A stretch of DNA of 64,000 nucleotides from Gammaproteobacteria bacterium. Lineage in GTDB: Bacteria; Pseudomonadota; Gammaproteobacteria; GCA-002705445; GCA-002716945. The notes under the pieces were generated by a model. It searched no databases. It was not told where the DNA came from and worked only from the letters and a program-made list of their open reading frames with translations. Position numbers and translations under genes: made by a program. Position 1 is the stretch's first letter. Every line of letters begins with the position of its first letter. This document shows, in pieces, positions 13,023-23,820 of this stretch. Location of the stretch: positions 13,436 through 77,435 of the forward strand of contig NZZP01000017.1 in NCBI GenBank assembly GCA_002698665.1, written 5' to 3'.

Positions 13023-16000
13023 ATGAAGCAGAAAAAAAAATATGCGCATGAAGGTGGCTTATATAACCCATCTTTCGAAAGAGATAATTGTGGGTTCGGC
13101 TTAATAGCCCAAATGGATGACAAGCCTTCGCATTGGGTAATTGAAACTAGCATTAAGGCCTTGCAAAGATTAACTCATAGAGGCGCAGTATCCGATGATG
13201 GCAAAACAAGTGATGGCTGTGGCTTGCTCATAAAAAAACCTGACTCGTTTTGTAAATCTCTTGCGGCAGACCTCAATATTGATTTAGCTAAAAACTATGC
13301 ATTTGGATCTGTCTTTCTGAATAAAAAATATTTAAAAAAATCAATGGAAACGCTACATTTCCAATTAAGAAAACAAGGTTTAAATGTGATGGGCTGGAGG
13401 GATGTGCCTATAAATAAAAAAGTATGTGGGGATGACGCTTTAAGAAATTTACCTATAATAAAACAAATTATTATAAACGCACCAGAAGTCATGATAGCGT
13501 CTGACTTCGAAAAAAAACTATATATCGCTAGAATCCAAACTGAAAAAATATTATCTGATGATAAAGTTTTTTACATACCAAGTTTATCTTCAAAAGTTAT
13601 ATCTTATAAAGGTTTAATTGTATCTAATAATATTAGAGAGTTTTATACAGACCTTAAAGATAAAAAAATGAAAACGTCATTATGCGTTTTTCATCAAAGA
13701 TTCTCTACTAATACACTACCTCAATGGAAACTAGCACAACCATTTCGATATCTGGCCCATAATGGAGAAATCAATACCATACAAGGAAATAGAAACTGGT
13801 ATCTTGCTCGAAGGAATAAACTTCAAATTGAGTCTATGCCAGAATTAAATAAACTTCATCCGTTAATATCTAGATCTGACTCAGATTCATACACGCTAGA
13901 TAATATGCTTGAATTATTATTAGCCGGTGATATGGGAATATTTCGTGCTATGAGAACTTTAATGCCTCCATCATGGCAAAATTCGAAAAATTTAGATGAA
14001 CAATTAAAGGCATGTTATGAGTATCATTCAATGCATATGGAACCCTGGGATGGACCAGCTGGAATTGTCCTTACAGATGGAAGATATGCTGCTTGTGCGT
14101 TAGATAGAAATGGTCTTAGACCAGCAAGATATGTAATAACAGATGATAGACACATTACTCTCGCATCAGAAATTGGCGTATATGATTATGAGCAAGAAAA
14201 TGTAATAACTAAAGGGAGACTAGCCCCAGGCGAAATGTTAGCAGTTGATACTGAAAAAGGAGAGATTCTTTTAACAGACCAAATTAATCATATACTTAAA
14301 GATAGGCATCCATATTTATCATGGTTAAAGAAATACTCAGTCAAAGCAAGCGATTATAATCCAGACTTAGAAGAACCTATAGGCATATCAACAGATAGAC
14401 TTAATACATATAAAAAAATTTTTAATGTATCTTTTGAGGAAGAGAAAGAAATTATCGCACCTCTCGCTGATATTGGCCAAGAAGCTACAGGTTCAATGGG
14501 TGATGATACTCCTATGCCTGTTCTATCTAGACATAATAGATCTATATATGATTACTTCAGACAACAATTTGCACAAGTTACTAATCCTCCGATAGACTCA
14601 TTGAGAGAATCAAAGGTTATGTCATTAGAAGTTTGTTTCGGTAAGGAAAGAAATTTATTCGAAGAGTCTTCTAAACATGCCGATAGATTAATTCTTAAAT
14701 CACCTATACTGGATAGACAAACATATTTGTCTATACTTGAGTCAAAACATAAAAACTATCCTCACGATATTATTAATTTAAATTATGATTCATCTTTAGA
14801 TCTTGAAGAAGCTATTAATACAATATGTGACAGGGTAATTAGAAGTGTAAAAAAAGGAAATATAACAATTGTATTATCAGACAAGAAAGTTAATAAAAAT
14901 CAGCTGGTTATTCCCACCCCTATGGCGGTAGGTGCAGTACATCATGGATTAATACATCATGGATTAAGATGTGATACTAATCTAATAATCGAAACAGGAT
15001 CTACAAGAAACCCTCATCACTATGCCGTACTGTTAGGTTATGGTGCTACTGCAATATATCCTTACTTAGCATATGAAATAGTATATGAAATGGTGAGTAA
15101 GAATAAGATAACTGCAAAAAAATATGGTGATAGTGTTGAAAAATACATTAAAGGGATTAATAAAGGTCTCTTAAAAATTATGTCGAAAATGGGTATCTCG
15201 TGTGTGTCAAGTTATAGAGGTGCTCAATTGTTTGAAATAGTTGGACTTAATGAAGAAATTGTTAATTTATGTTTTAAAGATAGTATTAGTCGTATATCTG
15301 GCTCATCTTTTGAAGACATACAATTAGACTTAGAAGATGATCGTAATAATGCTTGGGATATTTCTAAGGAAATTAAGACTGGGGGCTTTTTAAAATATGT
15401 ACATGGACAAGAATATCATGACTATAATCCAAATGTAGTTAAAGCATTACAAGAGTGTGTAACCACTGGAGAATATAATGACTATAAATCATATGCAGAT
15501 CTTGTTAATAGTAGGAATCCTAGTTTTTTGAGAGATTTATATACTTTAAATTCTAGGAATAAGCAAATTCCTATTAACAATGTTGAGTGTACTAGTGACA
15601 TTATTAAAAGATTTGATACAGCAGGTATGTCTTTAGGCGCGTTATCACCAGAAGCGCATGAGGCTCTAGCGGTAGCAATGAATACAATCGGAGGACGTTC
15701 AAATTCTGGCGAAGGAGGAGAAGATTTAAAAAGATATAATACAAATAAAACATCAAAAATAAAACAGGTTGCATCTGGCAGGTTTGGTGTAACGCCTCAT
15801 TATCTTGTAAATGCTGAAGTCATACAAATAAAAATAGCGCAAGGCGCAAAGCCAGGCGAAGGCGGTCAACTTCCAGGCGATAAAGTTGATAAGATGATTG
15901 CGAAGCTTAGATTTTCAGTGCCAGGAGTGACACTTATTTCTCCACCACCACATCATGATATCTACTCGATTGAAGATTTAGCTCAGCTTATTTTTGACTT

Positions 16001-17480
16001 AAAACAAGTTAATAATAAAGCACTTATTTCTGTTAAATTAGTTTCACAGGCAGGTGTAGGAACAATCGCAGCTGGTGTCGCGAAAGCATATGCAGACTTG
16101 ATTACCATCTCAGGATATGATGGAGGAACCGGTGCAAGCCCATTGACTTCTGTAAAATATGCTGGGAGCCCATGGGAATTAGGTATTAGCGAGGCTCATC
16201 AAACCTTAATGATGAATAGTTTACGACATAAAGTAAGATTGCAAACAGATGGTGGGTTAAAGACGGGTCTAGATGTTATCAAAGGAGCGATTTTAGGTGC
16301 TGAGAGTTTTGGTTTTGGAACATCAGTTATGGTTGCGCTTGGTTGTAAATATCTAAGAATTTGTCACCTTAATAATTGCGCAACAGGGGTAGCAACACAA
16401 AACAAAATTCTTAGAATGAATCATTTTAGCGGGAGTCCTGAAAGGGTTATTAATTATTTCAATTTTGTTGCGCAAGATGTAAGGGAGATTTTATCAAAAT
16501 TAGGATTTACATCTCTGGAAGATATTATAGGTCAAACACAATTATTAAAACAAATAAAAGGCACAACACTAAAACATAAGAAACTAGATTTAAAAAAATT
16601 ACTGTTTAAAGCAAAAAGTAATATGCCAAATTATTGCATATCACCATCTAATGATCCATTTGATAAAGCTTTACTAGCGAAGAAGATTTTGAAAGATACT
16701 TTACCTCTTATAAAAAAGAAAAAGAAAGGAACTTTCTCTTACAAAATAAAGAATTATGATAGAAGCATAGGAGCAAGTCTATCAGGTGAGATTGCGAAGA
16801 TACATGGTAACTATGGTTTAAAAAATAATCCTATTAGGTTAGAACTTACTGGGACTGCTGGACAAAGTCTTGGTGTGTGGAATGCTGGTGGTTTACACAT
16901 AATTCTAACAGGTGATGCAAATGACTATGTTGGCAAAGGTATGGCTGATGGTGAAATTATAATTAAAACGCCTCAATCAATTAAGAAAGATGCAAATAAA
17001 ATGATAATAATGGGTAACACATGCTTATATGGAGCAACTGGAGGAAAATTATTTGCAGAGGGGATAGCAGGCGAACGCTTTGGTGTGAGGAATTCTGGTT
17101 GCACTGCGGTAATAGAAGGTAGCGGCGATCATACATGTGAATATATGACTGGTGGCGCTGTTGTTGTGCTTGGAGATACTGGTGAAAATTTTGGCGCGGG
17201 GATGACAGGCGGTCTAGCGTTTGTGTATGATAAGAATAAATGTTTTAAAAATAAAATAAATGATGAGTCTGTTGAAATTAAAAAAATAGATGACCCTGCA
17301 CTTACAAAACATAAAGATTTTCTAATGAAGCTCATCAAGATGCACTTTAAAAAAACTGGAAGTTATCTTTCCAAGAATATAATTGATAATTCTGAAAAGG
17401 AAATAAAACATTTCATTATTGTGAAACCTAAATTATCCAATATTAATCACCTCTTAATATCAATCACAAAAGTTGCGTAA
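13023..17480 (+). CDS. gltB: Glutamate synthase (NADPH) large subunit
   Basis: 1485 aa; amidotransferase N-terminus ERDNCGFGLIA, plus FMN/Fe-S central and GXGXG C-terminal domains. Confidence 0.97.
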   Translation: MKQKKKYAHEGGLYNPSFERDNCGFGLIAQMDDKPSHWVIETSIKALQRLTHRGAVSDDGKTSDGCGLLIKKPDSFCKSLAADLNIDLAKNYAFGSVFLNKKYLKKSMETLHFQLRKQGLNVMGWRDVPINKKVCGDDALRNLPIIKQIIINAPEVMIASDFEKKLYIARIQTEKILSDDKVFYIPSLSSKVISYKGLIVSNNIREFYTDLKDKKMKTSLCVFHQRFSTNTLPQWKLAQPFRYLAHNGEINTIQGNRNWYLARRNKLQIESMPELNKLHPLISRSDSDSYTLDNMLELLLAGDMGIFRAMRTLMPPSWQNSKNLDEQLKACYEYHSMHMEPWDGPAGIVLTDGRYAACALDRNGLRPARYVITDDRHITLASEIGVYDYEQENVITKGRLAPGEMLAVDTEKGEILLTDQINHILKDRHPYLSWLKKYSVKASDYNPDLEEPIGISTDRLNTYKKIFNVSFEEEKEIIAPLADIGQEATGSMGDDTPMPVLSRHNRSIYDYFRQQFAQVTNPPIDSLRESKVMSLEVCFGKERNLFEESSKHADRLILKSPILDRQTYLSILESKHKNYPHDIINLNYDSSLDLEEAINTICDRVIRSVKKGNITIVLSDKKVNKNQLVIPTPMAVGAVHHGLIHHGLRCDTNLIIETGSTRNPHHYAVLLGYGATAIYPYLAYEIVYEMVSKNKITAKKYGDSVEKYIKGINKGLLKIMSKMGISCVSSYRGAQLFEIVGLNEEIVNLCFKDSISRISGSSFEDIQLDLEDDRNNAWDISKEIKTGGFLKYVHGQEYHDYNPNVVKALQECVTTGEYNDYKSYADLVNSRNPSFLRDLYTLNSRNKQIPINNVECTSDIIKRFDTAGMSLGALSPEAHEALAVAMNTIGGRSNSGEGGEDLKRYNTNKTSKIKQVASGRFGVTPHYLVNAEVIQIKIAQGAKPGEGGQLPGDKVDKMIAKLRFSVPGVTLISPPPHHDIYSIEDLAQLIFDLKQVNNKALISVKLVSQAGVGTIAAGVAKAYADLITISGYDGGTGASPLTSVKYAGSPWELGISEAHQTLMMNSLRHKVRLQTDGGLKTGLDVIKGAILGAESFGFGTSVMVALGCKYLRICHLNNCATGVATQNKILRMNHFSGSPERVINYFNFVAQDVREILSKLGFTSLEDIIGQTQLLKQIKGTTLKHKKLDLKKLLFKAKSNMPNYCISPSNDPFDKALLAKKILKDTLPLIKKKKKGTFSYKIKNYDRSIGASLSGEIAKIHGNYGLKNNPIRLELTGTAGQSLGVWNAGGLHIILTGDANDYVGKGMADGEIIIKTPQSIKKDANKMIIMGNTCLYGATGGKLFAEGIAGERFGVRNSGCTAVIEGSGDHTCEYMTGGAVVVLGDTGENFGAGMTGGLAFVYDKNKCFKNKINDESVEIKKIDDPALTKHKDFLMKLIKMHFKKTGSYLSKNIIDNSEKEIKHFIIVKPKLSNINHLLISITKVA

Positions 17481-17482
17481 AG

Positions 17483-19168
17483 ATGAAGAGTTTAGATAGA
17501 GCTTTTATTGATGATTTATTGTCTCGTGTTGATATAGTTGAAATAATTGGTCAGTCTGTACAACTTAAAAAACATGGTTCAGGACATAAAGGATTATGTC
17601 CATTTCATGCGGAAAATACGCCTTCATTTAATGTTTCTTCCACAAAACAGTTTTATCATTGTTTTGGATGTGGTGCATCAGGAGATGCAATTAAATTTCT
17701 AAGAGAACATGATGGCTTGACGTTTATGGAAGCAATTGAAAAATTAGCCAAAATTGCTAATGTTGAAATTCCTCAACTATATAATGCTCAAAGCAATAAT
17801 TATAAAAATTTAATTAATGTCAATAATACTGCATGTGAAAGATTTAAGAAAAATTTATTAAAGAGCACACTTGCAAAAGAATATCTTTACAAAAGAGGTA
17901 TAAATGATGAAATGATAAATTTGTTTAATATTGGTCTAGCTTCAAACGCATGGGATGATTTAACAAAGCTATTTACAGCAAAAAATCAAATAAAAGCTGC
18001 AACTGATACTGGCCTGATTATTAATAAGAACACCAAGAACTATGACCGTTTTAGAAATAGAATAATGTTTCCAATTAAAAATACATCTGGAAATATTATA
18101 GCATTTGGAGGAAGGACGCTTGATACAAATGAGAATGCAAAATATATAAATTCACCAGAATCAGAAATATTTCATAAGAGTAATGAAATGTATGGTTTAT
18201 TTGAAGCTAAATCTGCTATATCAAAAAAAAACCACATTATAATCGTTGAAGGTTATACAGATGTCATTGCTTTGCATAAAAATAACTTCAATAATGCTGT
18301 TGCTACTCTTGGAACAGCATTTACAAAAAATCATATAACAAAACTATTAAGGTATACAAAAAATATTATATTTTGCTTTGATGGTGATGATGCGGGCAAA
18401 AAAGCTGCATGGAAAGCGTTAGAAAATTGTCTCACAGAAATACGCGATGATACAAATATTTACTTCACTTTCATAAAAGATAACATGGATCCCGATGATC
18501 TTTGTAATACAGATCCAGGTAAATTCAAAGATATACTTGAGTCTAAAATTTCATTGTCAGAATTTATGTTAGCAAAATTACAATTAGGTTTGAATCTAAA
18601 TAATGTTGAAGATAAAACTCATTTTGTTAATACAATTAGACCATTAATAAATTCGATACCGGATGGGTTATACAAGGGTTTTCTACAAGATGAAGTAATA
18701 AAAATTACAAATGTAAAAAAATCTCTATTAACTGAAAATATACAGAAAAATAGAACTGCTAAATCGTTAAATAATGATGTTGGTATTTCCGACATTTTAA
18801 TATGTAAAATATTTATTGAGTATCCATCTTTGATTGAAAAATATGGAGAAAAAATTATTAAGTTAGTAAGTAATGAAAATATAATTCAAATGTTAAAATT
18901 ACTGAAAAATATGAAGTCTGCATCAGGGTATCGGCTTAATTCATTCTTAAATGAAAGTGAGGATATAAAAAATATTTTCCTTAAATTAGATTCTTCTAAA
19001 AAAACTTATGAATCTATAAAATCTGCAGAGCTTACGCTTAATGATATGTTGTCCAACAAGCAAAAATCATCAGACGAAAATTTATATCATATTGTATTAA
19101 AAAAATATACGGACAATAAAATGTTGACTGAAGAAGAAAAAAATATATTAAAAAACTTCAAAAAATAG
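17483..19168 (+). CDS. dnaG: DNA primase
   Basis: Zinc finger CPFHAENTPSFNVSSTKQFYHCFGCGASGD and a TOPRIM region EGYTDVIAL. It starts 2 nt after the gltB stop. Confidence 0.95.
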   Translation: MKSLDRAFIDDLLSRVDIVEIIGQSVQLKKHGSGHKGLCPFHAENTPSFNVSSTKQFYHCFGCGASGDAIKFLREHDGLTFMEAIEKLAKIANVEIPQLYNAQSNNYKNLINVNNTACERFKKNLLKSTLAKEYLYKRGINDEMINLFNIGLASNAWDDLTKLFTAKNQIKAATDTGLIINKNTKNYDRFRNRIMFPIKNTSGNIIAFGGRTLDTNENAKYINSPESEIFHKSNEMYGLFEAKSAISKKNHIIIVEGYTDVIALHKNNFNNAVATLGTAFTKNHITKLLRYTKNIIFCFDGDDAGKKAAWKALENCLTEIRDDTNIYFTFIKDNMDPDDLCNTDPGKFKDILESKISLSEFMLAKLQLGLNLNNVEDKTHFVNTIRPLINSIPDGLYKGFLQDEVIKITNVKKSLLTENIQKNRTAKSLNNDVGISDILICKIFIEYPSLIEKYGEKIIKLVSNENIIQMLKLLKNMKSASGYRLNSFLNESEDIKNIFLKLDSSKKTYESIKSAELTLNDMLSNKQKSSDENLYHIVLKKYTDNKMLTEEEKNILKNFKK

Positions 19169-19224
19169 CTTTTTACTTACAAATAATATTTATTTGATGC
19201 TATATTAACCTAATATTTAATATT

Positions 19225-20394
19225 ATGAGTAATAGCTACCTTTTTACATCTGAAAGCGTTTCGCCTGGACATCCAGATAAGCTGAGTGATCAACTATCTG
19301 ATGTGGTGTTAGACTATGTACTTAAAAATGACAAAAATGCACGGGTAGCTTGTGAGGTCCTCACTAAAGGAAAATCTAAAACTGCTGGGAATATAGTTGT
19401 AGCAGGAGAGATAACATCTACTGAATCTCTTGATTTTGATGATGAACTTAGAGAAGTCATAACAAAAATTGGATATAATTCAAATGAATTAGGCTTCAAT
19501 GGGAATGAAGTAGAAATTACCAAGCTCATAAATCAACAATCATCTGATATAAGGATTGGGGTAGATAGAAGTGAAAAAAGATTGCAGGGTGCTGGCGACC
19601 AAGGTCTAATGTTTGGTTATGCAACTAATGAGACAGAAGTTCTTATGCCGGCGCCTATTTACTTCTCGCATAGATTAGTGGAAAAACAAGCATCCATCGT
19701 TCAAAAAAAGCAGATTAATTGGATTCGACCTGACGCAAAAAGCCAAATTACATTTCAATATGAGAATGATAAACCCAAAACTATTGATACTATTGTGCTT
19801 TCAACTCAACATAATGATACAGTCAGCCTCAAAGAAATCGAAGAATTTGTTATTGAAGAAATAATTAAAACAACAATTCCCAGCAACTATATAACTAATG
19901 AAACAAAGATATTTGTTAATCCAACTGGAAAATTTATTGATGGAGGTCCAATGGGTGATTGTGGATTGACCGGCAGAAAAATAATTGTAGATACTTATGG
20001 TGGCATGGCAAGACATGGTGGTGGAGCGTTTTCGGGCAAAGATCCATCTAAAGTTGACAGATCTGCAGCATATATATCTAGATATGTTGCAAAAAATATT
20101 GTAGCAGCGAAAATAGCGGAAAAATGTGAAATTCAACTATCTTATGCAATAGGGGTAGCAGAACCAACCTCTATTTCAATAAATACATTTGGAACAGGCA
20201 AGATGACAGATGGAGAAATATCTAAAATTGTCAGTAAGGTCTTTGACTTAACACCGTTCGGAATAACTGAAACATTAGACCTTCTAAATAGGAAATATCA
20301 ACCCACTGCTGCTTTTGGCCACTTTGGGAGAGAAGATGACAATTTTACGTGGGAACAAACCAATAAGATTGATATACTAAAAAACGAATTATGA
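19225..20394 (+). CDS. metK: S-adenosylmethionine synthetase
   Basis: [20 protein letters not shown] and [19 protein letters not shown] motifs. Confidence 0.97.
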   Translation: MSNSYLFTSESVSPGHPDKLSDQLSDVVLDYVLKNDKNARVACEVLTKGKSKTAGNIVVAGEITSTESLDFDDELREVITKIGYNSNELGFNGNEVEITKLINQQSSDIRIGVDRSEKRLQGAGDQGLMFGYATNETEVLMPAPIYFSHRLVEKQASIVQKKQINWIRPDAKSQITFQYENDKPKTIDTIVLSTQHNDTVSLKEIEEFVIEEIIKTTIPSNYITNETKIFVNPTGKFIDGGPMGDCGLTGRKIIVDTYGGMARHGGGAFSGKDPSKVDRSAAYISRYVAKNIVAAKIAEKCEIQLSYAIGVAEPTSISINTFGTGKMTDGEISKIVSKVFDLTPFGITETLDLLNRKYQPTAAFGHFGREDDNFTWEQTNKIDILKNEL

Positions 20395-20412
20395 TTGTAA
20401 AAGGAAAACATT

Positions 20413-21726
20413 ATGAAAACTGATGAAATTAAAAAAATAGGGAATGACTTTAAAGTTGCAGACATCTCTCAAGCAGAATATGGCAGAAAAGAAATTAAGA
20501 TTGCTGAAACAGAAATGCCTGGTTTAATGGCACTAAGAGAAGAGTATAAAAACAAAAAACCATTAAAAGGTGCGAGAATTATAGGCTGTCTTCATATGAC
20601 AATTCAAACAGCTGTTCTAATTGAAACTTTAGTAGATCTTGGGGCAGATGTTAGATGGTCTTCATGTAATATTTTCTCAACACAAGATCATGCAGCAGCA
20701 GCTATTGCTAGTCAGGATATTCCAGTTTTTGCCTGGAAAGGGGAAACAGAGGAGGAATATAAATGGTGTATTGAACAGACAATAAAAGGCCCAAATGATT
20801 GGAAGCCTAATCTACTGTTAGACGATGGTGGTGATTTAACGGGAATTATTCATGAAGAATATCCAGACTTGCTATCAAATATTTTAGGTGTTTCAGAAGA
20901 GACAACCACTGGAGTCCACCGTCTGTATGAAATGGAGAAAGATAACAAATTAATGATGCCAGCAATGAACGTAAATGATTCAGTGACAAAATCTAAGTTT
21001 GATAACTTATATGGATGTAGAGAATCACTAGTAGATGGAATAAAAAGAGCTACAGATACCATGATTGCAGGCAAACTTGCTATTGTATGCGGTTATGGAG
21101 ATGTAGGAAAAGGTTCTGCAGGATCTCTAAGAGGATTAGGAGCGAATGTGTTAATTAGTGAAGTTGATCCTATCTGTGCGCTACAAGCCTCTATGGAAGG
21201 CTATAAAGTAGTAGATATTAATGACTACATTGAAGAAATCGATATATTTGTTACAGCTACTGGCAACTTTAAAGTAATAAATCATGATCAAATGCTAAAA
21301 ATGAAAAATGGCGCTATTGTATGCAATATAGGTCATTTTGATAATGAAATTGATATAGACGGTATTAAAAAATACAAATGGGAAAATATCAAGCCTCAAG
21401 TGGATCATGTAATATTTCCAGATGGTAAAAGAATAATAATCTTAGCTGAAGGAAGGCTAATAAATCTTGGTTGTGCTACAGGACATCCTAGTTTTGTAAT
21501 GTCATGCTCTTTTACTAATCAGGTTATGGCTCAGATAGAATTATGGCATAACCATAAAATTTATGAGAATAAAGTATATGTATTACCAAAAAATCTTGAT
21601 GAAAAAGTCGCTAGACTACACTTAGAAAAACTCGGAGTAAAATTAACAAAACTGACTAAAGAACAAGCCGATTATATAAGTGTTGAAAAAGATGGCCCAT
21701 ACAAAAAAGATACATATAGATATTAG
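20413..21726 (+). CDS. ahcY: Adenosylhomocysteinase
   Basis: 437 aa with SahH signatures ([14 protein letters not shown]; NAD-binding GYGDVGKG). Confidence 0.95.
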   Translation: MKTDEIKKIGNDFKVADISQAEYGRKEIKIAETEMPGLMALREEYKNKKPLKGARIIGCLHMTIQTAVLIETLVDLGADVRWSSCNIFSTQDHAAAAIASQDIPVFAWKGETEEEYKWCIEQTIKGPNDWKPNLLLDDGGDLTGIIHEEYPDLLSNILGVSEETTTGVHRLYEMEKDNKLMMPAMNVNDSVTKSKFDNLYGCRESLVDGIKRATDTMIAGKLAIVCGYGDVGKGSAGSLRGLGANVLISEVDPICALQASMEGYKVVDINDYIEEIDIFVTATGNFKVINHDQMLKMKNGAIVCNIGHFDNEIDIDGIKKYKWENIKPQVDHVIFPDGKRIIILAEGRLINLGCATGHPSFVMSCSFTNQVMAQIELWHNHKIYENKVYVLPKNLDEKVARLHLEKLGVKLTKLTKEQADYISVEKDGPYKKDTYRY

Positions 21727-21754
21727 TATATCTATAATCTTATATTAATCTACT

Positions 21755-23119
21755 ATGTCTGACTTTCATTTTAAAAATGGAAATAAAATCATTAAAAGGG
21801 ATTTAAAGGTTTTGTGGCATCCATGCACACAGATGAAAGATCATGAAAAAATCCCTTTAATACCTATCAAGAGCGGCAAAGGAGTTTTCATAAAAGATTT
21901 TGATGATAATAATTACATTGATGCAATAAGTTCTTGGTGGGTAAATTTATTTGGGCATTCTAACCAATATATAAATAAAAAAATAAAACAACAAATTGAC
22001 TCTCTTGAGCATGTTTTATTAGCTGGATTTACACATATGCCTGCAATTGAACTATCAGAGAGATTAATTAAAAAGTCACCTAAGGAAATAAAAAAGTGCT
22101 TCTTCACTGATAATGGATCGTCTTCCATAGATGCTGCAATGAAAATGAGTTTCCACTTCTGGAAAAATCAAGGTTATAAGAAGAAGAGTAAATTTATAGC
22201 ACTATCAAATAGCTATCATGGCGAAACACTTGGATCATTATCAGTAAGTAATATTGATTTATACAAAAAAACATATGAAAAACTGATGAAGCAAACAATC
22301 ATAGTAGATTCGCCAGATTGTTATAATAAAAATACTAGTCATTCAGATGAAAAACATACTTCCTTGATGTTTGACAAAATGCTTAGCTCAATAGAAAAAA
22401 ATCATAAAAATGTTTGTGCTGTAATTATTGAACCCTTGGTACAATGTGCAGGCTATATGAGAATGTACCATCCTGTATACCTAAAATTACTCAGAGAAGC
22501 TTGCGATAAATATAAAATACATCTTATCACTGATGAGATTGCAGTAGGATTTGGAAGAACTGGTACCATGTTTGCATATCAACAAAGTAACATTACTCCT
22601 GACATTATCTGTTTATCTAAAGGGATAACTGGTGGATATATGACTCTTTCTACAATCTTAACTACTGATGAAATATATAATGCATTTTATGATGAATATA
22701 CTAAATTAAATGCTTTTCTTCACTCACACAGTTATACCGCAAACCCGATAGCATGTGCTGCAGCTAATGCATCTTTGGATATTTTTGAGAATTCAAATAT
22801 TATCCAAAAAAACAAATCAACATCAAGATATATCTATAATAAAATTAAGAAGTTTTGGAATCATCCTAATATTGGTGATGTAAGGCAACATGGAATGATT
22901 TCTGCTATTGAAATGGTAAAAGATAAGTCAAAAAAAATACCATATGATTGGAAGGAACGAAGAGGAATAAGATGCTATGAGTATGGTTTAAAAAATGGTG
23001 TATTATTGAGGCCTCTTGGTAATGTGATTTATTTCATGCCACCTTATATTATAAATAGGAAACAAATTGATAAGGTCATAGAAGTAATTAGTGGAGCTAT
23101 TAACATTGCAACAAAATAA
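21755..23119 (+). CDS. bioA: Adenosylmethionine-8-amino-7-oxononanoate aminotransferase BioA
   Basis: Class III aminotransferase with a BioA-like N-terminus (VLWHPCTQM ... WWVNLFGH). Confidence 0.8.
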   Translation: MSDFHFKNGNKIIKRDLKVLWHPCTQMKDHEKIPLIPIKSGKGVFIKDFDDNNYIDAISSWWVNLFGHSNQYINKKIKQQIDSLEHVLLAGFTHMPAIELSERLIKKSPKEIKKCFFTDNGSSSIDAAMKMSFHFWKNQGYKKKSKFIALSNSYHGETLGSLSVSNIDLYKKTYEKLMKQTIIVDSPDCYNKNTSHSDEKHTSLMFDKMLSSIEKNHKNVCAVIIEPLVQCAGYMRMYHPVYLKLLREACDKYKIHLITDEIAVGFGRTGTMFAYQQSNITPDIICLSKGITGGYMTLSTILTTDEIYNAFYDEYTKLNAFLHSHSYTANPIACAAANASLDIFENSNIIQKNKSTSRYIYNKIKKFWNHPNIGDVRQHGMISAIEMVKDKSKKIPYDWKERRGIRCYEYGLKNGVLLRPLGNVIYFMPPYIINRKQIDKVIEVISGAINIATK

Positions 23120-23819
23120 AATTCATAGAATCTTTATTGATAATAAAATATCAATAGGAAAAAATATTAATATCGCTGATGAAACATTAAATCATATTAA
23201 AAATTCTTTAAGAATAAAAAATGAAGATAACATTTTAATTTTTAATGGTGATGGCAAAGAATACCTAGCGAAAATAAATTATAGTACCAAAGAGATGGTA
23301 TTAAATGTGATGGATGTTATTAGACATAATGAAGTTGATACTCATGAAATTATACTACTACAATGTATTTCTAGTATAAAATCAATGAATCTAACAATAC
23401 AAAAATCAGTTGAGCTTGGTATAAGTAAAATTATTCCTATAATATCTGATAGATGTCAACCAGGGGCTTATAACAAAAAAAAATCTAATTGGGAAAAGAT
23501 CATAATAAGTGCTACTGAACAATCACATGGTTTATTCATAGCAGATATTGATGATGCAACTCATTTTGAAGAAATAGTTGATAATGCCAAATATAATGAT
23601 TATAAAAAGTTATGTTTCCATATAGATGGAAGAACGATTACAAACTCTGATAAAAGTGGTAAAAAACATATTATTTTGATTGGCCCTGAAGGTGGTTTTT
23701 CAGATTTAGAAATTAAACTATTAGAAAAATATAACTGGAGTATAATAAAACTTGGAGATAGAGTGTTTAGATCAGAGACGGCAGCCATAGTTGCTCAATC
23801 TACATTAAGGAATTATTAA
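23091..23819 (+). CDS. rsmE: 16S rRNA (uracil1498-N3)-methyltransferase RsmE. The true start may be the TTG at 23106.
   Basis: C-terminal GPEGGFSDLE ... LGDRVFRSETAAIVA motif. Gene order rsmE-gshB as in E. coli. Confidence 0.85.
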   Translation: MELLTLQQNKIHRIFIDNKISIGKNINIADETLNHIKNSLRIKNEDNILIFNGDGKEYLAKINYSTKEMVLNVMDVIRHNEVDTHEIILLQCISSIKSMNLTIQKSVELGISKIIPIISDRCQPGAYNKKKSNWEKIIISATEQSHGLFIADIDDATHFEEIVDNAKYNDYKKLCFHIDGRTITNSDKSGKKHIILIGPEGGFSDLEIKLLEKYNWSIIKLGDRVFRSETAAIVAQSTLRNY

Positions 23820-23820
23820 T

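Noticed and set aside
19169-19224. Possible SAM-responsive riboswitch in the 56-nt leader of metK
   Set aside because: It is too short and AT-rich for SAM-I. It cannot be distinguished from plain promoter sequence by eye, and I could not recognise a SAM-II/V pseudoknot core.
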